From NCBI GenBank assembly GCA_003554145.1, contig PWFS01000062.1, positions 1-51,796 of the forward strand: a stretch of DNA of 51,796 nt, given 5' to 3'. This stretch comes from Halobacteroidaceae bacterium (lineage in GTDB: Bacteria; Bacillota; Halanaerobiia; B1SED10-174). The notes under the pieces are model-generated. The model did no database searches. It worked only from the letters and a program-made list of their open reading frames with translations, and had not been told where the DNA came from. Below are positions 48,096 through 51,796 of the stretch, piece after piece (positions within the stretch are counted from its first letter, which is position 1; the number at the start of each line of letters is the position of its first letter). Both the position numbers and the translations under genes were made by a program.

Positions 48096-48485
48096 TTGGC
48101 CAAAAAGGATTTTAAAATTCTGTATTGTGATGATTCTTTGCTGGTTCGTAAACAGCTAAAGGAAATTTTGAACCAGGAGGGCTACACAAACCTTATAGAA
48201 GCCGCAGATGGTGAAGAAGTCGTAAAGAAGTACCAAAGCGAAAACCCTGATCTTGTTTTCTGTGATATTGTTATGCCTCGTCTGGATGGGTTGGAAGCTT
48301 TAAACAGGATTAAAGCCCGGGATCAGTCTGCCCGGATAGTAATGATTTCAACATCGGGGACCAGAGCTAACCTGATCAGGGCCCTGGATGAGGGAGCGGT
48401 GGATTTTGTGCAAAAACCCTTAAATCCGGAAAGGGTAAAAAAAATTGTTGCTCGGGAAATCAAAGGAGGCAGGGGCCTTGTTTAG
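48096..48485 (+). CDS. Single-domain CheY-like response regulator
   Basis: CDDS, phosphoacceptor DIVMP, MIST, QKP; no output domain; TTG 48096 after AGGAGG. Confidence 0.9.
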   Translation: MAKKDFKILYCDDSLLVRKQLKEILNQEGYTNLIEAADGEEVVKKYQSENPDLVFCDIVMPRLDGLEALNRIKARDQSARIVMISTSGTRANLIRALDEGAVDFVQKPLNPERVKKIVAREIKGGRGLV

Positions 48486-49341
48486 TCAATACCTGGGGAG
48501 CTATCTTTTGCGCAGGGAATTAATTTCTGCGGAAGAGCTGGGCTCATTATTAAAAAAGGAAAAAGAGCACCGAATAAAGCTGGGAGTTCTGGCCATTGAC
48601 CGGGGCTATATGACTGTAGATCAGGTTGAGGAGATCCATGCCCAGCAGAAAAAAATTGATCGCAGATTCGGAGAACTGGCAATAGATAAGGGTTATCTTA
48701 CTTCTTCAGCCCTGGAAAAATTGTTAACTGAACAGAAGGAGGCCCATGTTTCCCTGAGTGAGATTCTGTTGGATGAAGGATATTTTTCCCTGGCAGAAAT
48801 AGAAAAAATTGTTCGGGAGTACAAAGAGGATGCGGGCATATCTGATAGAGATATCAGAAGTTTACAGGAAGGCGATGTAGCAATTGCTGTTGATAGGTTA
48901 GTGGAGTTTAATAAAGCAGATGAGTTTTTTCGAAATTATGTCATCCTGTTTTTACGGAATTTAATCCGATTTGTTGACCCTCGCTCCCGAATTTTGAGTT
49001 CCCAGGAAAAAATAGAGATCCCCAAGGGGCTTGTTATTGAACAGGCAATCCGGGGAGAAGTTGATATTAATACTGCTGTAATGATTGATAGCAGGGATGC
49101 GGGTGAAATAGCTTCTCGTTTTAGCCGCCGGGATATTTCTTCTCCCGATCCCCTGATTTCGGAAACACTTAAAGAGCTTTTGAACCTACATAACGGGTTG
49201 TTTGCGGTTAATCTATCCAACCAAGGTGTTGAAGTTAATCTTAACCCTCCCGAGATTGCCCAGCAGGCCCCCTATAAATTTAGTGAGGAAATTGAGTTTC
49301 GAACCTCGGTGGGGGATATTAAGTTATTCCTTGGAAGCTGA
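48478..49341 (+). CDS. Four MshEN-like repeats fused to a CheX/CheC-like phosphatase domain
   Basis: 24-aa repeats with 5-aa linkers (e.g. RFGELAIDKGYLTSSALEKLLTEQ); C-terminal ELLN-x20-PP; TTG 48478 overlaps the receiver gene. Confidence 0.7.
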   Translation: MFSQYLGSYLLRRELISAEELGSLLKKEKEHRIKLGVLAIDRGYMTVDQVEEIHAQQKKIDRRFGELAIDKGYLTSSALEKLLTEQKEAHVSLSEILLDEGYFSLAEIEKIVREYKEDAGISDRDIRSLQEGDVAIAVDRLVEFNKADEFFRNYVILFLRNLIRFVDPRSRILSSQEKIEIPKGLVIEQAIRGEVDINTAVMIDSRDAGEIASRFSRRDISSPDPLISETLKELLNLHNGLFAVNLSNQGVEVNLNPPEIAQQAPYKFSEEIEFRTSVGDIKLFLGS

Positions 49342-49378
49342 TTGAAATTTGGCTGGTCAGATTAATAATGGGGAAATC

Positions 49379-49409
49379 AAAAAAGCGGGGTTAAAACCCC
49401 GCTTATTTT
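49379..49409. terminator. Bidirectional terminator between the CheX-like gene and tRNA-Thr
   Basis: A-tract, AAGCGGGGTT-aa-AACCCCGCTT, then ATTTT; lies between convergent genes. Confidence 0.75.
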
Positions 49410-49411
49410 CA

Positions 49412-49487
49412 TGGAGCTGGCGACCGGATTCGAACCGGTTACCTGGTGATTACAAGTCACCTGCTCTACCGTTTGAGCTACGCCAGC
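49412..49487 (-). tRNA. tRNA-Thr (anticodon UGU), CCA encoded
   Basis: Reverse complement GCTGGCGTAGCTCAAACGGTAGAGCAGGTGACTTGTAATCACCAGGTAACCGGTTCGAATCCGGTCGCCAGCTCCA, 76 nt, full cloverleaf. Confidence 0.98.
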
Positions 49488-49498
49488 CTGCCTGAACT

Positions 49499-49527
49499 AT
49501 TATAACTTAAAAGCCGCAAGTGGTCAA
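49499..49527 (-). promoter_or_regulatory. sigmaA promoter of tRNA-Thr
   Basis: TTGACC, 17 bp spacer, TATAAT on the minus strand. Confidence 0.8.
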
Positions 49528-49559
49528 GGTTAAACACCTTCTGTTCGGAAATAGAAGGA

Positions 49560-50837
49560 TCAAAAGGAAGGGAGAAAAAGGGTAACAATTTTCCCACCCC
49601 TATTGGTAACGTGTAGTAAATTGGGGTCATCATCGGAAGAAATGCTGGTAATTCTGCTCCGAACTGCAAGAGACCTTTTACCCAGAACCTCACCGCTATC
49701 TTTACAGAGAATAAAAACACTGCCATCATGGGTTCCAAAGTAGAGGTGATCTTCAAAGAAAGCAAAAGCAGAGGTCGGAGTATAAAGGGGTCTTTCCCAG
49801 GCTTTATCTCCCGTTTCTAAGTCAAAAGCGGTCATAACCCCCTGATTGTCACCCCAGACTAAAAGTTGGGAGGTCAGGAACAGATTGTTGAGGCCGGGAA
49901 CATCAAAACCATCCCAGAGCTCAGGACTTCCACTTTCCTTATCCCATAACAGTAGAGTATTTTCTTTTCCCACGGCTGCAAGCTTATTGCGGTTCTGAGC
50001 CACATCCATTATTTCCCCAATATCAAAGCCCTCAATCAGGGAAACTTCCCCGTCAGCAAGGTCAATAGCCAGCAGGTCTCCTTTTCGGGAGAGAACTACT
50101 GCTTCTCCCTCTCCCGAAAATAGGCTGCCACGAATCAGTTCCCTTTGGGGGTCGCTTTCCCAGAGTATATCACCTTCATAATCCAGGGCAATTAACTGGC
50201 TGCGGAAGGAAATTCCCAAAAGGCCTTGATCGGTAGCAAGCAGTTCGATCAGGCGCTCGGGAATAGAGGCTTCCCAGACAATGTTTCCTTCAGCCTGATC
50301 CAGGGCCAGAACGGGTCCATAGAATGAAGGAATAAACACCCTGTCCTCAGCAGTTACCGGCTGATAAAGAAAGGTTTCATTCTCTGCCTGAGTTTCCCAG
50401 ACTTTATCCTTACTTTTTTTATCAATTGCAAAAATACGCCCGTCGGTAGTTGGCAGATAAAGGTGTTCTTCGTGGGAAAAGCTCCCACCGGAGGTGGTAG
50501 CAATAACTTCAAAGTGGGGGCCTATTTCAATATCCTTATCCGAGAGATAGACAATAAGCTGGCGCTCACTCCCGGGATTAAACTGAAACAACCTGCTGTA
50601 GGTTTCATAACCTTCTTTTCCAACACTAACTTCTCTTAGACCCAGCTGGACTCCGGTAATCCGGTCGGGAGAGGTTCCTACCTCGCCACCGTCTATAAAA
50701 ATACGGGCTTCTTCTGGATAGGTGGTTACTTCCAGAACTCCCTGGGAAGCGGTAGCCGAATAATAAACATATCCGGCCGCACCCGCAATTACCAGGAGTA
50801 ATAACAACAACGCCCAGTGAATATTTGTCCGGCTAAT
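49560..50837 (-). CDS. Membrane-anchored PEGA domain plus PQQ/BamB-like beta-propeller protein
   Basis: N-terminal TM; PEGA GVLEVTTYPEEARIFIDG..VGTSP...VGKEGY; propeller blades DGRIFAIDKKSKDKVW, VLALDQAEGNIVW, MTAFDLETGDKAW; start uncertain (TTG 50810 or ATT 50837). Confidence 0.85.
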   Translation of the reverse strand: MSRTNIHWALLLLLLVIAGAAGYVYYSATASQGVLEVTTYPEEARIFIDGGEVGTSPDRITGVQLGLREVSVGKEGYETYSRLFQFNPGSERQLIVYLSDKDIEIGPHFEVIATTSGGSFSHEEHLYLPTTDGRIFAIDKKSKDKVWETQAENETFLYQPVTAEDRVFIPSFYGPVLALDQAEGNIVWEASIPERLIELLATDQGLLGISFRSQLIALDYEGDILWESDPQRELIRGSLFSGEGEAVVLSRKGDLLAIDLADGEVSLIEGFDIGEIMDVAQNRNKLAAVGKENTLLLWDKESGSPELWDGFDVPGLNNLFLTSQLLVWGDNQGVMTAFDLETGDKAWERPLYTPTSAFAFFEDHLYFGTHDGSVFILCKDSGEVLGKRSLAVRSRITSISSDDDPNLLHVTNRGGKIVTLFLPSF

Positions 50838-50855
50838 TTAAACCACACCCCTTAA

Positions 50856-51794
50856 TTAATCTCGCCCTTTTAGCTTGGGATCAAGGGCATCCCGCATGGC
50901 ATCTCCCAGGAAGTTAATGGAAAGAAGAGTGAGGAAGATGCAGAGTCCTGGCCAGACTGCCAGCCAGGGAGCAGTTGTTAAATACTGGCGGGCATTCATC
51001 AGCATGTTGCCCCAGGAAGGGGTTGGCGGTTGAATTCCCAGGCCCAGGTAACTGAGCTGCGATTCAGATAGAATTGCACCGGCAACCATCAGGGTCATGG
51101 CTACCAGAACTGGAGCCAGGGTGTTAGGAATAATGTGCCGTAATATGATTCTCCGGTTGGTTGCTCCTAAAGCACGCGCAGCTTCAGTAAAATCCTGCTC
51201 TTTCAAAGAAAGGGTCTGACTTCGAACCACCCTGGCTATAGACATCCAGCCCAGAATGGCCAGTGCTATAATCATGGTTTGAAAGCTGGGTCCCAGAATA
51301 TAGGTCAAGATCATCAGAATGGGCAGGGCGGGAATAGAAAGCAAAAAGTCAACAAAACGCATAATTATGCTATCTACAACTCCCCCGAAGTAGCCTGAGG
51401 TTGCACCGACTACTGTTCCCACTGTAACACAGACTATAGAAACGATAATCCCCAGAGAAAGTGATACCCGTCCCCCGGCCAGGATCCGGGAAAAAACATC
51501 CCGGCCCAGTTCGTCTGTTCCCAGGATGTGAATATCGGAAAAACCCTGAACCATTCGGGAGGAAGTAGTGCCGCCTGTTTCCAGGTTGATAATCCGGTGG
51601 CTTCCATTATTCCAAAAAGTTTCCACCCGGTGCTCTTCTCCGGCCCGGACAGAAATCAGTTGGCCGGAATCCTCTCTGTCCCAGATTACTTCGCCTTTTT
51701 CCGGGTCAAATCCCTTGGATAGTCCACCGCTAAAAGCAAGGAAAAGATATTCCTGGTGGTAATGAATTTTAACTGGTTCATCTGTTATTCCATT
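50856..51794 (-). CDS. Opp/Dpp-type ABC permease (OppC-like) with beta-propeller-like segment; 5'-truncated by the window edge
   Basis: HILGTDELGRDVFSRIL, EAA loop FTEAARALGA, PSWGNML, GDAMRDALDP; frame stays open upstream of GTG 51626 to the window end. Confidence 0.9.
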   Translation of the reverse strand, partial: NGITDEPVKIHYHQEYLFLAFSGGLSKGFDPEKGEVIWDREDSGQLISVRAGEEHRVETFWNNGSHRIINLETGGTTSSRMVQGFSDIHILGTDELGRDVFSRILAGGRVSLSLGIIVSIVCVTVGTVVGATSGYFGGVVDSIIMRFVDFLLSIPALPILMILTYILGPSFQTMIIALAILGWMSIARVVRSQTLSLKEQDFTEAARALGATNRRIILRHIIPNTLAPVLVAMTLMVAGAILSESQLSYLGLGIQPPTPSWGNMLMNARQYLTTAPWLAVWPGLCIFLTLLSINFLGDAMRDALDPKLKGRD

Positions 51795-51796
51795 GA

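Noticed and set aside
45186-49412. Genomic island integrated at the 3' end of tRNA-Thr
   Set aside because: No integrase or transposase, and I saw no duplicated tRNA 3' end (att repeat) in the window
1-51796. CRISPR array, IS element, prophage, rRNA or dif site
   Set aside because: None recognised by eye; the strand switch at ~49.4 kb is explained by convergent genes sharing a terminator

Overview
Core chromosomal segment of a Bacillota (Firmicutes) bacterium, judged from PolC, CodY, a T-box riboswitch and sigmaA promoters with extended -10 boxes. About 45 kb of + strand genes follow the B. subtilis-like order: trmFO-hslVU-codY, rpsB-tsf-pyrH-frr-uppS-cdsA-dxr-rseP-ispG, proS-polC, rimP-nusA-infB-rbfA-truB-ribF-rpsO-pnp, rnj, ftsK/spoIIIE-ymfK-rodZ-like. 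Several usual residents are missing: xerC, the whole flagellar block between codY and cheC, and the spoVFAB/asd/dap/tepA block. The last ~7 kb is more accessory. It holds a catalase, a decayed metal-binding gene behind a CsoR-like palindrome, an outer-membrane beta-barrel-like protein (suggesting a diderm Firmicute), a CheY-like receiver coupled to a 4xMshEN-CheX fusion, and tRNA-Thr(UGU). On the minus strand is an Opp/Dpp-type permease that appears to carry beta-propeller blades, followed by a PEGA/PQQ-propeller protein. The best candidates for undescribed biology are the putative c-di-GMP-gated CheY phosphatase module and the propeller-bearing ABC permease. I saw no integrase, transposase, CRISPR array or rRNA. 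All calls come from reading motifs and gene order by eye; no searches were run.
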